The notes under the pieces: generated by a model
What the model saw: only the letters and a program-made list of their open reading frames with translations
Databases searched by the model: none
Told to the model about the DNA's origin: nothing
Part shown: in pieces, positions 36,226 to 63,003 of the stretch
How positions within the stretch are numbered: position 1 is the stretch's first letter
Layout of the letters: every line of letters begins with the position of its first letter
NCBI RefSeq assembly: GCF_050320075.1
Contig: NZ_CP190018.1
DNA: 64,000 bases
Reading direction: 5' to 3' (one strand)
Origin: Escherichia coli
Lineage (GTDB): Bacteria > Pseudomonadota > Gammaproteobacteria > Enterobacterales > Enterobacteriaceae
Program-made: the position numbers and the translations under genes

Positions 36226-37713
36226 ATGCAATACATCAAGATCCATGCGCTGGATAACGTCGCGGTCGCTTTAGCAGATTTGGCGGAAGGCACAGAAGTC
36301 AGTGTCGACAACCAGACTGTTACGCTGCGCCAGGATGTTGCTCGTGGACATAAATTTGCGTTAACGGATATCGCAAAAGGGGCCAACGTCATCAAATATG
36401 GCCTGCCGATTGGTTATGCATTGGCGGATATTGCGGCGGGGGAACACGTTCACGCCCACAATACGCGCACGAATCTGAGCGATCTGGATCAGTATCGCTA
36501 TCAACCTGATTTTCAGGATCTGCCTGCGCAAGCGGCAGATCGTGAAGTGCAGATCTATCGTCGCGCTAACGGCGATGTCGGGGTGCGCAATGAGCTGTGG
36601 ATCCTGCCAACCGTGGGCTGTGTCAACGGCATCGCGCGGCAGATCCAAAATCGTTTCCTGAAAGAGACCAACAACGCCGAAGGTACCGACGGCGTGTTCC
36701 TCTTCAGCCACACCTACGGCTGCTCACAGCTGGGCGACGATCACATTAATACCCGCACCATGCTGCAAAACATGGTGCGCCACCCGAACGCAGGCGCAGT
36801 GCTGGTGATTGGTCTGGGCTGTGAAAACAACCAGGTTGCCGCATTCCGTGAAACGCTGGGCGATATCGATCCTGAACGCGTTCATTTCATGATCTGCCAA
36901 CAGCAGGATGATGAGATCGAGGCCGGGATCGAGCATTTGCATCAGCTGTATAACGTGATGCGCAACGATAAACGCGAGCCAGGCAAACTCAGCGAACTGA
37001 AGTTTGGTCTGGAGTGCGGTGGTTCTGACGGTCTTTCTGGTATTACTGCTAACCCGATGCTGGGGCGTTTCTCTGACTACGTGATTGCTAACGGCGGTAC
37101 TACCGTACTGACCGAAGTGCCGGAGATGTTTGGCGCAGAGCAGTTGCTGATGGACCATTGCCGCGACGAAGCAACGTTTGAAAAACTGGTCACCATGGTC
37201 AATGACTTCAAGCAGTACTTTATTGCCCATGACCAGCCGATCTATGAAAACCCATCGCCGGGGAACAAAGCGGGCGGTATCACCACGCTGGAAGACAAAT
37301 CACTTGGCTGTACCCAGAAAGCGGGTTCCAGCGTCGTGGTTGACGTGCTGCGTTACGGTGAGCGTCTGAAAACACCGGGGCTGAACTTGTTAAGTGCGCC
37401 GGGTAACGATGCCGTAGCGACCAGCGCCCTGGCGGGTGCGGGCTGCCATATGGTGCTGTTCAGTACTGGTCGCGGCACGCCATACGGCGGCTTTGTACCG
37501 ACGGTGAAAATCGCCACCAACAGCGAACTGGCGGCGAAGAAAAAACACTGGATCGACTTTGACGCGGGTCAGCTGATCCACGGTAAAGCGATGCCGCAGT
37601 TGCTGGAAGAATTCATCGATACCATCGTTGAGTTTGCCAACGGTAAGCAAACCTGTAACGAGCGTAACGACTTCCGCGAACTGGCGATCTTCAAAAGCGG
37701 CGTAACGCTATAA
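36226..37713 (+). CDS. uxaA: Altronate dehydratase
   Basis: 495-aa ORF MQYIKIHALDNVAVALADLAEGTEV... Confidence 0.92.
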   Translation: MQYIKIHALDNVAVALADLAEGTEVSVDNQTVTLRQDVARGHKFALTDIAKGANVIKYGLPIGYALADIAAGEHVHAHNTRTNLSDLDQYRYQPDFQDLPAQAADREVQIYRRANGDVGVRNELWILPTVGCVNGIARQIQNRFLKETNNAEGTDGVFLFSHTYGCSQLGDDHINTRTMLQNMVRHPNAGAVLVIGLGCENNQVAAFRETLGDIDPERVHFMICQQQDDEIEAGIEHLHQLYNVMRNDKREPGKLSELKFGLECGGSDGLSGITANPMLGRFSDYVIANGGTTVLTEVPEMFGAEQLLMDHCRDEATFEKLVTMVNDFKQYFIAHDQPIYENPSPGNKAGGITTLEDKSLGCTQKAGSSVVVDVLRYGERLKTPGLNLLSAPGNDAVATSALAGAGCHMVLFSTGRGTPYGGFVPTVKIATNSELAAKKKHWIDFDAGQLIHGKAMPQLLEEFIDTIVEFANGKQTCNERNDFRELAIFKSGVTL

Positions 37714-37734
37714 AGTCGAAATGAGTTGTTAATA

Positions 37735-37776
37735 AAAAACGGCGTTTCATAATGTGAAGCGCCGTTTGCTTTTCCA
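37735..37776 (+). terminator. Rho-independent terminator after uxaA
   Basis: AAAAAACGGCGTTTCATAATGTGAAGCGCCGTTTGCTTTTCC. Confidence 0.8.
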
Positions 37777-37795
37777 GACCTGCTAAGGATTTATC

Positions 37796-38347
37796 ATGAC
37801 CGCGTATTGGCTGGCCCAGGGCGTGGGTGTCATCGCCTTTCTGATTGGTATCACAACATTTTTCAACCGTGACGAACGCCGCTTTAAAAAGCAGCTTTCG
37901 GTCTATAGCGCCGTTATTGGCGTACATTTTTTTCTTCTGGGCACCTATCCCGCCGGTGCCAGTGCCATCCTTAATGCCATTCGTACGCTGATTACTTTAC
38001 GCACGCGCAGCTTATGGGTAATGGCGATTTTTATTGTGCTGACTGGCGGAATTGGCCTCGCGAAGTTCCATCATCCTGTCGAACTATTGCCGGTAATCGG
38101 CACGATTGTCAGTACCTGGGCGCTGTTCCGCTGTAAAGGGCTGACCATGCGCTGCGTAATGTGGTTTTCAACGTGTTGCTGGGTGATTCACAACTTCTGG
38201 GCGGGGTCGATAGGCGGCACGATGATTGAGGGGAGTTTTCTGCTCATGAATGGCCTGAATATCATTCGTTTCTGGCGGATGCAGAAAAGGGGAATTGATC
38301 CGTTTAAAGTCGAGAAAACCCCTTCCGCCGTGGACGAAAGGGGTTAA
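37796..38347 (+). CDS. ygjV: Inner-membrane protein YgjV
   Basis: 183-aa hydrophobic ORF; convergent with sstT. Confidence 0.85.
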   Translation: MTAYWLAQGVGVIAFLIGITTFFNRDERRFKKQLSVYSAVIGVHFFLLGTYPAGASAILNAIRTLITLRTRSLWVMAIFIVLTGGIGLAKFHHPVELLPVIGTIVSTWALFRCKGLTMRCVMWFSTCCWVIHNFWAGSIGGTMIEGSFLLMNGLNIIRFWRMQKRGIDPFKVEKTPSAVDERG

Positions 38348-38350
38348 ACA

Positions 38351-39595
38351 TTAATTACGTAGGGCGCTATTTGCCAGACGATCGTCTTCCGCCTGGCAAG
38401 CTGCCGCAGTGAACAGCACGTCAGTTGAAGAGTTCAGCGCGGTTTCGCAAGAGTCCTGCAATACGCCGATGATAAAGCCGACGGCAACCACCTGCATGGC
38501 GATATCGTTCGAAATACCGAACATATTACAGGCCAGTGGGATCAGCAGCAGAGAACCCCCCGCCACGCCGGATGCGCCACAGGCACACAGAGAAGCCACT
38601 ACGCTCAACAGCAGCGCTGTGGGCAGATCGACCGGAATACCCAGCGTATTAACCGCAGCCAGCGTCAACACGGTAATGGTGATTGCTGCGCCCGCCATAT
38701 TGATGGTGGCACCCAGCGGAATAGAAACGGAATAGGTATCGCGATCCAGATTCAGCTTTTCACACAGCGCCATATTCACCGGAATGTTCGCCGCAGAGCT
38801 GCGGGTGAAGAAGGCGTACACGCCGCTTTCGCGCAGGCACAGCAGCACCAGCGGGAACGGGTTACGACGAATTTTCCACCACACCAGCAATGGGTTAACC
38901 ACCAGCGCCACCAGTAACATACAGCCAACCAGCACGACCAGCAGTTGCGCGTAGCCCCACAGTGTGGAGAAACCGGTGGTTGCCAGGGTAGAAGAAACCA
39001 GACCAAAAATACCGATCGGTGCGAAGCGAATGACCAGTTTCACCATAAAGGTGACGGCATTCGACATATCGTTGACCAGGTTTTTGGTGGTCTCGTTACC
39101 GTGACGCAGTGCGAAACCGAGGCCAATTGCCCACACCAGGATCCCGATGTAGTTACCTTTCAGCAGCGCATCGATGGGGTTGGAAACCATGCTCATTACC
39201 AGCCCGCGCATCACTTCCACAATACCAGACGGCGGCGAAATATCACCCGCGCTACTGGACAAGTGCAGGGTAGAAGGGAAGGCAAAACTGAAGATTACTG
39301 CGGCCAGAGCAGCAGAGAAGGTGCCCAGCAGATAGAGGAACAAAATAGGGCGGATATTGGTTTTCTGCCCGTGCTGGTGGTTAGCAATAGATGCCATCAC
39401 CAGCATCAGCACCAGAATTGGCGCTACAGCTTTCAGTGCGCCGACGAACAAAGTGCCTAACAGACCAACAGCTTCTGCCGCGGGTTTTGAGATCCATGCC
39501 AGAAGAATCCCCAGAACAAGGCCGACCAGGATTTGTTTTACCAGGCTGCCATGAGCCAGACGCCGGAATAGCCCCGGTGAACGTTGCGTAGTCAT
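38351..39595 (-). CDS. sstT: Serine/threonine:Na+ symporter
   Basis: 414-aa [37 protein letters not shown]... Confidence 0.92.
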   Translation of the reverse strand: MTTQRSPGLFRRLAHGSLVKQILVGLVLGILLAWISKPAAEAVGLLGTLFVGALKAVAPILVLMLVMASIANHQHGQKTNIRPILFLYLLGTFSAALAAVIFSFAFPSTLHLSSSAGDISPPSGIVEVMRGLVMSMVSNPIDALLKGNYIGILVWAIGLGFALRHGNETTKNLVNDMSNAVTFMVKLVIRFAPIGIFGLVSSTLATTGFSTLWGYAQLLVVLVGCMLLVALVVNPLLVWWKIRRNPFPLVLLCLRESGVYAFFTRSSAANIPVNMALCEKLNLDRDTYSVSIPLGATINMAGAAITITVLTLAAVNTLGIPVDLPTALLLSVVASLCACGASGVAGGSLLLIPLACNMFGISNDIAMQVVAVGFIIGVLQDSCETALNSSTDVLFTAAACQAEDDRLANSALRN

Positions 39596-39887
39596 TTTTC
39601 GATCCTTTCATTGTGTTGTCGCACATCCCTGGTGCGTTCTGTCGACGCATCTTTCAGGATGTAACAAAGTGTTTGCAAGGTCGAGTATAAGGAAAGTTAC
39701 AGCTTCGGGAAGCGAAAAATGCTGGATTTTAAAGAGAGGTCATATTTTGCAACTTAATGGTTACATTTATTTGACATAAACAGAGGGAAGGACTGGCTAC
39801 TAAGGCTGATTAGATAACATATGGGCAAAACTATTTGGAATATGAGAACGGTTGCGCTCCTTTAATGTGCTATGCCATATAAAGTCA

Positions 39888-40113
39888 CTGGCGCAGGGAG
39901 CGCGCAGGGGGCGGCCAATCGCCGCCGCCCCCTGCACCCCCAGGCTCTGGCGAACAAAATCGCCGCTGCGCGGTTCCCTCAGCTTATCCCTTGCGGCTAC
40001 CGGGTCGGGCGCAAGGGAACGTCCCTGTAAGATGCGCCCTCGCCGCGCATCCATGCGCGTCGCCCCGGCCTCCAGGGAACGCTTCGGCGATTTTGACGCC
40101 ACCAACACCCGTG
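39888..40113. repeat. GC-rich, inverted-repeat-dense intergenic element of unknown identity
   Basis: About 75 percent GC block in otherwise AT-rich spacer; perfect 11-bp stem GCAGGGGGCGG/CCGCCCCCTGC (39904-39914 / 39925-39935); 10-bp stem TTCCCTTGCG/CGCAAGGGAA; inverted ~28-bp arms GGCGAACAAAATCGCCGCTGCGCGGTTCCCT (39949-39979) and AGGGAACGCTTCGGCGATTTTGACGCC (40073-40099); ends in a T-run. Confidence 0.5.
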
Positions 40114-40210
40114 CGGTCTTTTTGTAAAGAGCTATAAGCCGATTACATAATTAATAGCTCACCTTTGTCTGGAATGAGTTATCTCTAGGAATGGCTTAAT
40201 ATACAGCGAA

Positions 40211-41176
40211 TCATTCTCCCCGCTGCTTATCATGCCGATAATTCACCCAGGCGTTGATAATAAATGTCATCACCAGAATGCCAAACACCACGCCCAGCGA
40301 GACGGCGATTGGAATATGGTAGAAGTCGACAATCAGCATCTTGATACCGATAAACACCAGAATCACCGCCAGGCCATATTTGAGCATCGAGAAACGTTCT
40401 GCTACGCCCGCCAGCAGGAAATACATCGCACGCAGGCCGAGGATCGCAAACAGGTTTGAGGTCAGCACAATAAACGGATCGGTGGTCACGGCGAAGATAG
40501 CCGGGATGCTATCCACGGCGAAAATCACGTCGCTCAATTCCACCAGAATCAGCACCAGCATCAGCGGCGTGGCATACAGCAAGCCATTCTTACGCACAAA
40601 GAAATGCTCGTTGTCGATGGTGTCGGTCATGCGCAAATGACCGCGTAGCCAGCGCACCAGCGGCTTGTCGCCAATGCCTGATTCATCTTCATGGGCGAGC
40701 GCCATCTTCACGCCGGTAAACAACAGGAAGGCACCGAAGATATACAGGATCCAGTCGAACTGCGAAATCAGCCAGCTGCCAGTGAAGATCATGATGGTAC
40801 GCAGAACAATCGCCCCGAGCACGCCATACACCAGCACGCGGCGTTGTAATGCCGCCGGAACAGAGAAATAGCTGAACAACATCAGCCAGACAAAGACGTT
40901 ATCGACCGCCAGCGATTTCTCAATCAGATAACCCGTGAGAAAGGCCAGTGCCTGTGGATCGGCAACGGCGCGACCTTCGGTTTGCACCAGATACCACCAG
41001 AAAGCGGCGTTAAACAGTAACGACAGCGTCACCCAGACCAGCGACCAGGCCGCAGCCTGTTTCATGGTCATGGCATGTGCCCCACGACGCCCCTGCAACA
41101 ACAGGTCGATAGCCAGCATAATGGCGACAACAACAGCGAATCCGCCCCATAGCAACGGCGTGCCGACAGTATTCAT
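40211..41176 (-). CDS. alx: TerC-family inner-membrane protein Alx
   Basis: 321-aa polytopic [39 protein letters not shown]... Confidence 0.92.
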   Translation of the reverse strand: MNTVGTPLLWGGFAVVVAIMLAIDLLLQGRRGAHAMTMKQAAAWSLVWVTLSLLFNAAFWWYLVQTEGRAVADPQALAFLTGYLIEKSLAVDNVFVWLMLFSYFSVPAALQRRVLVYGVLGAIVLRTIMIFTGSWLISQFDWILYIFGAFLLFTGVKMALAHEDESGIGDKPLVRWLRGHLRMTDTIDNEHFFVRKNGLLYATPLMLVLILVELSDVIFAVDSIPAIFAVTTDPFIVLTSNLFAILGLRAMYFLLAGVAERFSMLKYGLAVILVFIGIKMLIVDFYHIPIAVSLGVVFGILVMTFIINAWVNYRHDKQRGE

Positions 41177-41400
41177 AGAAGTTCCTTACACATAAAAAAA
41201 ACGGCCAACGTCGGAAGACGTCAGCCGCTGCTTTTTATGCATAGACCTCGCCTTCCGGCAAGGTCTCACTTACAACAAAAAAGGAATACGTCTGCGTATT
41301 CCTTTCGGGTTGCCCGGTGACCGGATGTGGTTTTTCACACATCGTAATGACGATCGACCGGCAATGAAGTTACTCCCCTTTGCAGGTAACAAAGTATGAC
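41177..41400 (-). ncRNA. alx 5' leader (yybP-ykoY-type riboswitch region; also described as sRNA SraF); boundaries approximate
   Basis: Long structured untranslated region upstream of alx; assignment from established knowledge of the alx leader and its position, motif not verified base by base. Confidence 0.5.
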
Positions 41401-41459
41401 AGACCATTCAGTCAGTCAATGGTCTGTTACATGCCTTTTACACTGCTTTACTTTGGCAA

Positions 41460-42446
41460 TTATAGTTTTACGCTATCTGCCGGAAAAATCACCCCAGTCT
41501 GGCGGCGGATCTCGGTCAGCAGTTTGGCGGTGATGCGACTGACCGCCAGCCCAGGATGATCCACCAGATGTTCATCCACCAGTTCAGCAAACAGCTCTGC
41601 TTCGTAGAGCATGGTATTAATATGCTGCGGTTGGGTGAGATCCTGCATCTGGCTGCCACGCGGAACAAAGCAAACTTTCTGGCATTCAGACAGTTTTTCA
41701 ATCACCAGCGATCCTGCTTCGCCCTGAATCTCGCTTGCCAGGACAGAATCGCTCACTTTTGAGTGCTGCAACGTAACGCTGAAATCACCGTAATCCATCA
41801 CCACCACGCCGTGGGCATCCACACCGCTTGCCAGCAAACTGGCGGTTGCCTGCACGCTTTTCGGTTCACCGAATAATGCCACCGCCGACGCCAGGCAGTA
41901 AAAGCCGATATCCATAATTGAACCGTTAGAGAATGCCGGATTAAAGGTGTTGGGATTCTCACCATCCAGGTAACGTTGATACCGCGAGGAATACTGGCAA
42001 TAGTTGAAAAAGACTTTACGCAGTTTGCCGACTTTCGGCAGTGCCTGGCGTAACAGATGAAAGTTCGGCAGGCTGGCGGTTTTAAATGCCTCAAACAGCA
42101 CCACCTGATTTTCCCGCGCACAGGCAATGGCGGCATCCACTTCCGCCAGATTCGATGCCAGCGGCTTCTCGCAAATCACATGAATTTTGTGGCTAAGGAA
42201 AAGTTGTGTCTGGGAAAAGTGCAGGGCATTCGGGCTGGCAATATACACCGCGTCAATGGCATCGCTTTCTGCCATCGCTTCCAGCGAGGTAAACAGATGC
42301 TCGACAGAAAAATCATTGGCGAAGTGCTGGGCCTGCTCAAGGCTGCGGGAATAAACGGCGGTTAACTTGTATTTACCGCTCTCATGGGCGGCCTCGACGA
42401 ACTGGCGAGTGATCCAGTTCGTACCAATCACAGCGAAACGTATCAT
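41460..42446 (-). CDS. ygjR: Gfo/Idh/MocA-family NAD(P)-dependent oxidoreductase
   Basis: 328 aa from ATG 42446 (MIRFAVIGTNWITRQFVEAAHESGKY...). Confidence 0.88.
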   Translation of the reverse strand: MIRFAVIGTNWITRQFVEAAHESGKYKLTAVYSRSLEQAQHFANDFSVEHLFTSLEAMAESDAIDAVYIASPNALHFSQTQLFLSHKIHVICEKPLASNLAEVDAAIACARENQVVLFEAFKTASLPNFHLLRQALPKVGKLRKVFFNYCQYSSRYQRYLDGENPNTFNPAFSNGSIMDIGFYCLASAVALFGEPKSVQATASLLASGVDAHGVVVMDYGDFSVTLQHSKVSDSVLASEIQGEAGSLVIEKLSECQKVCFVPRGSQMQDLTQPQHINTMLYEAELFAELVDEHLVDHPGLAVSRITAKLLTEIRRQTGVIFPADSVKL

Positions 42447-42524
42447 AACGCGTGGATACTCCATAAAGGGATTCTGTCGTCAATGTAGCACGCCTTTTTC
42501 ATCTTCGACGTGCGCAGATACGCA

Positions 42525-43217
42525 TTATTCTTTCGCCGGACAGCCATGCTCACTAAACGGCCCAATCATGACCGATGGCCCGAGATATTTCGGCTGGCGA
42601 TGGAGGATTTTTGCGTCAATCACCGCGCTGACGCGAGCGAGTTTCTCCCGCAGTTGAGTATAAAAACCGTGCTTCATATTGAGGTCTGGCGCGTTAAAAC
42701 CGATAGCGTCGATGCCGTACTGTTTTGCCAGCCAGATGGCGCGTTGGTTATGAAATTCTTGCGAGATAATGGTGATATGGTTTTCCCCAAACACCTTTTT
42801 GGCACGCACTACCGAATCCAGCGTTGAGAATCCGGCATAGTCGCAGAAGATCACTTTCGCCGGTACGCCTTTAGCGATCAAAGCCTGCTGCATACCTGAT
42901 GCTTCATCGTAATTTTTACGTCCGTTATCGCCACTGACTAACAGCCATTTCACTTTTCCGGCGTGGTACAATGCTGCTGCGGTATCAATACGTCGGGTAA
43001 AGTAGCGATTACCCGGCCTGGCTCCCAGCAATAAACCCACGTTACGCGCCGGAACTGCGTTGACATCGCTCCAGGTCAGCTGCTTGCTGGTGTTGACCAT
43101 AACGCGATCGGCAATAAAAATGGTCGCTCCTGCTATAAGCAACAATAAACAGCCAATCTTAAGAGTCCGGCGAGAAAAACAAATACGGAGAAGAAGGCGG
43201 GCAAAGGCGCGCAGCAT
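42525..43217 (-). CDS. ygjQ: DUF218 (SanA-like) membrane-anchored protein
   Basis: 230-aa ORF with N-terminal TM segment. Confidence 0.85.
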   Translation of the reverse strand: MLRAFARLLLRICFSRRTLKIGCLLLLIAGATIFIADRVMVNTSKQLTWSDVNAVPARNVGLLLGARPGNRYFTRRIDTAAALYHAGKVKWLLVSGDNGRKNYDEASGMQQALIAKGVPAKVIFCDYAGFSTLDSVVRAKKVFGENHITIISQEFHNQRAIWLAKQYGIDAIGFNAPDLNMKHGFYTQLREKLARVSAVIDAKILHRQPKYLGPSVMIGPFSEHGCPAKE

Positions 43218-43293
43218 GGTCGTTATCCTTAACGAAAGGGGGGAGGTCGATTTTAGGCGCTAAAGGAAGAAAAGATAACGCCTGACATCATTT

Positions 43294-43797
43294 TCAGATT
43301 TTGTCCTGCCCAAGTGACAACTGCGTTAGCCACAGACGAGTGTCGAATTCAAGCTGGTGGTACTGCTGCTCCATATGACAGCACAATTGATAGAACGCTT
43401 TGTTATGCTCTTTCTCCTTCAGGTGCGCCAACTCGTGCACCACGATCATGCGCAAAAACGGTTCCGGCGCGTTGCGAAACACGGTAGCGACGCGGATCTC
43501 CGCCTTTGCTTTCAGCTTGCCGCCCTGCACACGCGAAACAGCGGTATGTAACCCGAGCGCGTTTTTCAGCACATGGATCTTGTTGTCATACATCACTTTA
43601 GTGATCGGCGGGGCATTGCGCAGAAACTGATTTTTCAGATCCTGGGTATATTGCCAGAGGGCTTTATCGGTGGCGTAGTCGTGTGTTCCCGGATAACGTT
43701 TTGCCAGCACATCGCCCAGACGCTGTTCGTTAATCAGCGTTCGCACCTGGGAAAGTAGCTGCTCGGGATAACCCTGAAGATAAGTAAGATTGCTCAT
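43294..43797 (-). CDS. ygjP: Predicted zinc-dependent hydrolase (WLM/DUF45 family, HExxH)
   Basis: 167 aa from ATG 43797 ([15 protein letters not shown]...); contains [11 protein letters not shown]. Confidence 0.85.
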   Translation of the reverse strand: MSNLTYLQGYPEQLLSQVRTLINEQRLGDVLAKRYPGTHDYATDKALWQYTQDLKNQFLRNAPPITKVMYDNKIHVLKNALGLHTAVSRVQGGKLKAKAEIRVATVFRNAPEPFLRMIVVHELAHLKEKEHNKAFYQLCCHMEQQYHQLEFDTRLWLTQLSLGQDKI

Positions 43798-43881
43798 AAC
43801 CGCCCACGAAAAAGAGAAAAAGGGTATACTCACGCACCCTTTTCAGGGGCAACGTCGAAATTTTATCATCCAGGAGGGCCG

Positions 43882-45018
43882 ATGAGCCACTTAGACAACG
43901 GTTTCCGTTCACTGACACTACAACGTTTTCCGGCGACGGATGACGTTAACCCGCTACAGGCGTGGGAAGCGGCGGATGAATATTTGCTGCAACAGTTGGA
44001 CGACACAGAAATCCGCGGCCCGGTGTTGATCCTGAATGATGCCTTTGGTGCGTTAAGTTGTGCGCTGGCGGAACATAAGCCATACAGCATTGGCGACTCA
44101 TACATCAGCGAACTGGCGACGCGCGAGAATTTACGCCTCAACGGGATTGATGAATCGAGCGTGAAGTTTCTCGACAGCACCGCTGACTACCCGCAACAGC
44201 CGGGAGTGGTGCTGATCAAAGTACCGAAAACACTGGCATTGCTGGAACAGCAACTGCGTGCGCTGCGCAAAGTGGTCACGCCAGATACGCGTATTATTGC
44301 CGGTGCCAAAGCCCGTGACATCCACACTTCCACGCTGGAACTGTTCGAAAAAGTGCTCGGCCCGACCACCACCACGCTGGCATGGAAGAAGGCACGCTTA
44401 ATTAACTGTACTTTCAACGAGCCGCCGCTGGCCGATGCGCCGCAGACCGTTAGCTGGAAACTGGAAGGTACTGACTGGACTATCCACAACCATGCGAATG
44501 TCTTCTCCCGCACCGGGCTGGATATTGGCGCGCGCTTCTTTATGCAGCATCTGCCAGAGAATCTCGAAGGTGAGATTGTCGATCTCGGTTGTGGTAATGG
44601 CGTTATTGGTCTGACGCTGCTTGATAAAAACCCGCAGGCGAAAGTGGTGTTTGTCGATGAATCGCCGATGGCGGTTGCTTCCAGCCGTTTGAACGTTGAA
44701 ACCAACATGCCCGAGGCATTGGATCGCTGCGAATTTATGATCAACAACGCGCTCTCCGGCGTTGAGCCTTTCCGCTTTAATGCTGTGCTCTGCAACCCGC
44801 CGTTTCATCAGCAACATGCGCTGACCGATAACGTCGCCTGGGAGATGTTCCACCACGCCCGCCGCTGTCTGAAAATCAACGGCGAGCTGTATATCGTTGC
44901 CAACCGTCACCTGGATTACTTCCATAAACTGAAGAAGATTTTCGGCAACTGCACCACCATCGCCACGAATAATAAATTTGTGGTGCTGAAAGCAGTGAAG
45001 CTGGGGCGTCGTCGGTAA
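43882..45018 (+). CDS. rlmG: 23S rRNA m2G1835 methyltransferase
   Basis: 378-aa ORF with SAM-binding motif VDLGCGNG and NPPFH. Confidence 0.9.
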   Translation: MSHLDNGFRSLTLQRFPATDDVNPLQAWEAADEYLLQQLDDTEIRGPVLILNDAFGALSCALAEHKPYSIGDSYISELATRENLRLNGIDESSVKFLDSTADYPQQPGVVLIKVPKTLALLEQQLRALRKVVTPDTRIIAGAKARDIHTSTLELFEKVLGPTTTTLAWKKARLINCTFNEPPLADAPQTVSWKLEGTDWTIHNHANVFSRTGLDIGARFFMQHLPENLEGEIVDLGCGNGVIGLTLLDKNPQAKVVFVDESPMAVASSRLNVETNMPEALDRCEFMINNALSGVEPFRFNAVLCNPPFHQQHALTDNVAWEMFHHARRCLKINGELYIVANRHLDYFHKLKKIFGNCTTIATNNKFVVLKAVKLGRRR

Positions 45019-45033
45019 GATTGGCAGCTACCT

Positions 45034-45121
45034 GCCAGATAAGGCGTAAACGCCTTATCTGGCATACGTTCAGCACATTACCCCCAGGTCGGATAAGACG
45101 CGGCAAGCGTCGCATCCGGCA
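45034..45121. repeat. REP pair (BIME) filling the rlmG-fadH convergent spacer
   Basis: GCCAGATAAGGCGTAAACGCCTTATCTGGC (perfect palindrome) and GGTCGGATAAGACGCGGCAAGCGTCGCATCCGGCA. Confidence 0.8.
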
Positions 45122-45135
45122 CTTCAATGCACGAT

Positions 45136-47181
<2,046 letters not shown>

Positions 47182-47183
47182 TT

Positions 47184-47200
47184 ATGTGGTCGGATGAGTT
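47184..47200. promoter_or_regulatory. Candidate FadR operator upstream of fadH
   Basis: Minus-strand AACTCATCCGACCACAT resembles the FadR consensus AACTGGTCnGACCTGTT; 30-46 bp upstream of the fadH ATG; fadH is a known FadR target. Confidence 0.4.
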
Positions 47201-47284
47201 CTAATTTAGCCGTCGCCAGAGAAAAGGGAAAAAGGGAGTGCGGGGTTTGTGATGGGATTCAAAAAGAATACGCCCATTGGAAAT

Positions 47285-47345
<61 letters not shown>

Positions 47346-47346
47346 G

Positions 47347-47400
<54 letters not shown>

Positions 47401-47403
47401 CGG

Positions 47404-47455
<52 letters not shown>

Positions 47456-47458
47456 ATT

Positions 47459-49028
<1,570 letters not shown>

Positions 49029-49054
49029 AGATAGTGCCGTGTTTGCTCACTGGC

Positions 49055-59116
<10,062 letters not shown>

Positions 59117-59124
59117 TTATCGGA

Positions 59125-59184
<60 letters not shown>

Positions 59185-59186
59185 TG

Positions 59187-59616
<430 letters not shown>

Positions 59617-59618
59617 AA

Positions 59619-59656
59619 AGATCGGATGGCGACGTCGTATCGCCATCCGATTTGAT
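59619..59656. terminator. Bidirectional terminator-like hairpin between convergent ygjH and patA
   Basis: AAAAAGATCGGATGGCGACGTCGTATCGCCATCCGATTTGAT. Confidence 0.7.
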
Positions 59657-59657
59657 A

Positions 59658-61172
<1,515 letters not shown>

Positions 61173-61454
61173 TTAACATATGTTGTTATTTTGCACGGTT
61201 TTTGTCGGGTATGGATTTGGCGATTGCTTCACAAATGCACACTTTCAGGGCAACAACTGCCTGATTTTTGGGCAAGATAATTAACGTTTTCGTATAGTAA
61301 CAGAGTGAAAGCATTTTAAATCAAGGGATTAGATTTATGCTTTAATCACAAATTGCGATCTAAATCAAATTAATCAGTTAAAGATAACCGCAGCGGGGCC
61401 GACATAAACTCTGACAAGAAGTTAACAACCATATAACCTGCACAGGACGCGAAC

Positions 61455-62975
61455 ATGTCTTCTCATCCGTATGTCACCCAGCAAAATACCCCGCTGGCGG
61501 ACGATACCACTCTGATGTCCACTACCGATCTGCAAAGCTATATCACTCATGCTAATGACACTTTTGTGCAGGTGAGCGGCTTTACCTTGCAAGAGTTACA
61601 AGGGCAGCCGCACAACATGGTGCGTCACCCGGATATGCCAAAAGCGGCGTTTGCAGATATGTGGTTCACCCTGAAAAAAGGGGAGCCCTGGAGCGGCATC
61701 GTGAAAAATCGCCGCAAAAATGGCGACCATTATTGGGTGCGGGCCAATGCGGTACCGATGGTGCGCGAGGGAAAAATCAGTGGCTATATGTCGATTCGTA
61801 CCCGGGCGACGGATGAAGAGATCGCGGCGGTGGAGCCGCTGTACAAAGCGTTGAACGCCGGACGTACCAGTAAGCGTATTCATAAAGGCCTGGTGGTGCG
61901 TAAAGGCTGGCTGGGTAAACTGCCTTCATTACCGCTTCGCTGGCGGGCGCGTGGCGTGATGACCCTGATGTTTATCTTGCTGGCGGTCATGCTTTGGTTT
62001 GTTGCTGCCCCGGTGGTGACGTATATCCTCTGTGCGTTAGTGGTATTGTTGGCAAGCGCCTGTTTTGAATGGCAGATTGTCCGCCCGATAGAAAATGTCG
62101 CCCGTCAGGCACTGAAGGTGGCGACCGGAGAGCGTAATAGTGTTGAGCATCTGAATCGCAGCGATGAGCTGGGGCTGACATTACGCGCGGTAGGGCAGCT
62201 TGGCCTGATGTGCCGTTGGCTAATTAACGATGTCTCAAGCCAGGTGTCCAGTGTCAGAAACGGCAGTGAGACGCTGGCGAAAGGTACCGATGAACTGAAC
62301 GAACATACCCAGCAGACAGTTGATAACGTTCAGCAAACGGTGGCGACCATGAACCAAATGGCGGCGTCGGTGAAACAGAACTCTGCCACGGCGTCGGCTG
62401 CCGATAAACTTTCTATCACTGCCAGTAATGCGGCAGTGCAGGGCGGGGAGGCGATGACCACGGTGATCAAGACAATGGACGATATCGCCGACAGTACCCA
62501 GCGCATTGGCACCATTACTTCGCTGATTAACGATATTGCGTTTCAGACCAATATTCTGGCCCTGAATGCGGCGGTGGAAGCGGCGCGTGCCGGCGAACAA
62601 GGCAAAGGTTTTGCAGTGGTGGCAGGGGAAGTGCGTCATTTAGCCAGCCGCAGCGCCAATGCTGCCAACGATATTCGCAAGCTGATTGATGCCAGTGCTG
62701 ATAAGGTGCAATCCGGTTCGCAGCAGGTACACGCAGCCGGACGGACGATGGAAGATATTGTTGCACAGGTGAAAAACGTCACCCAGTTGATAGCTCAGAT
62801 TAGCCATTCAACGCTGGAACAGGCCGATGGGCTTTCCAGCCTGACCCGTGCAGTGGATGAGCTTAACCTCATCACCCAGAAAAATGCCGAGCTGGTGGAA
62901 GAGAGTGCGCAGGTGTCGGCGATGGTGAAACACCGCGCCAGCCGACTGGAAGACGCGGTGACGGTGCTGCATTAA
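61455..62975 (+). CDS. aer: Aerotaxis receptor (PAS-FAD plus MCP signalling domain)
   Basis: 506-aa [46 protein letters not shown]... Confidence 0.92.
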   Translation: MSSHPYVTQQNTPLADDTTLMSTTDLQSYITHANDTFVQVSGFTLQELQGQPHNMVRHPDMPKAAFADMWFTLKKGEPWSGIVKNRRKNGDHYWVRANAVPMVREGKISGYMSIRTRATDEEIAAVEPLYKALNAGRTSKRIHKGLVVRKGWLGKLPSLPLRWRARGVMTLMFILLAVMLWFVAAPVVTYILCALVVLLASACFEWQIVRPIENVARQALKVATGERNSVEHLNRSDELGLTLRAVGQLGLMCRWLINDVSSQVSSVRNGSETLAKGTDELNEHTQQTVDNVQQTVATMNQMAASVKQNSATASAADKLSITASNAAVQGGEAMTTVIKTMDDIADSTQRIGTITSLINDIAFQTNILALNAAVEAARAGEQGKGFAVVAGEVRHLASRSANAANDIRKLIDASADKVQSGSQQVHAAGRTMEDIVAQVKNVTQLIAQISHSTLEQADGLSSLTRAVDELNLITQKNAELVEESAQVSAMVKHRASRLEDAVTVLH

Positions 62976-63003
62976 TCGATATGCCGCATCCGGCAATCGG
63001 TGA

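Noticed and set aside
39800-40127. ORFs 39800-40108 (-) and 39852-40127 (+) spanning the GC-rich element
   Set aside because: Both lie entirely in a palindrome-rich, high-GC repeat, start at non-ATG codons, give Arg/Ala/Pro-rich low-complexity products and overlap each other on opposite strands; they are composition artefacts.
45019-45135. Searched for higB/higA-like small ORFs (RelE-like toxin, HTH antitoxin) between rlmG and fadH and in the fadH-ygjK segment
   Set aside because: No ORF with an HTH-XRE or RelE-like sequence was found in either place; the rlmG-fadH spacer is too short (117 bp) to encode them.
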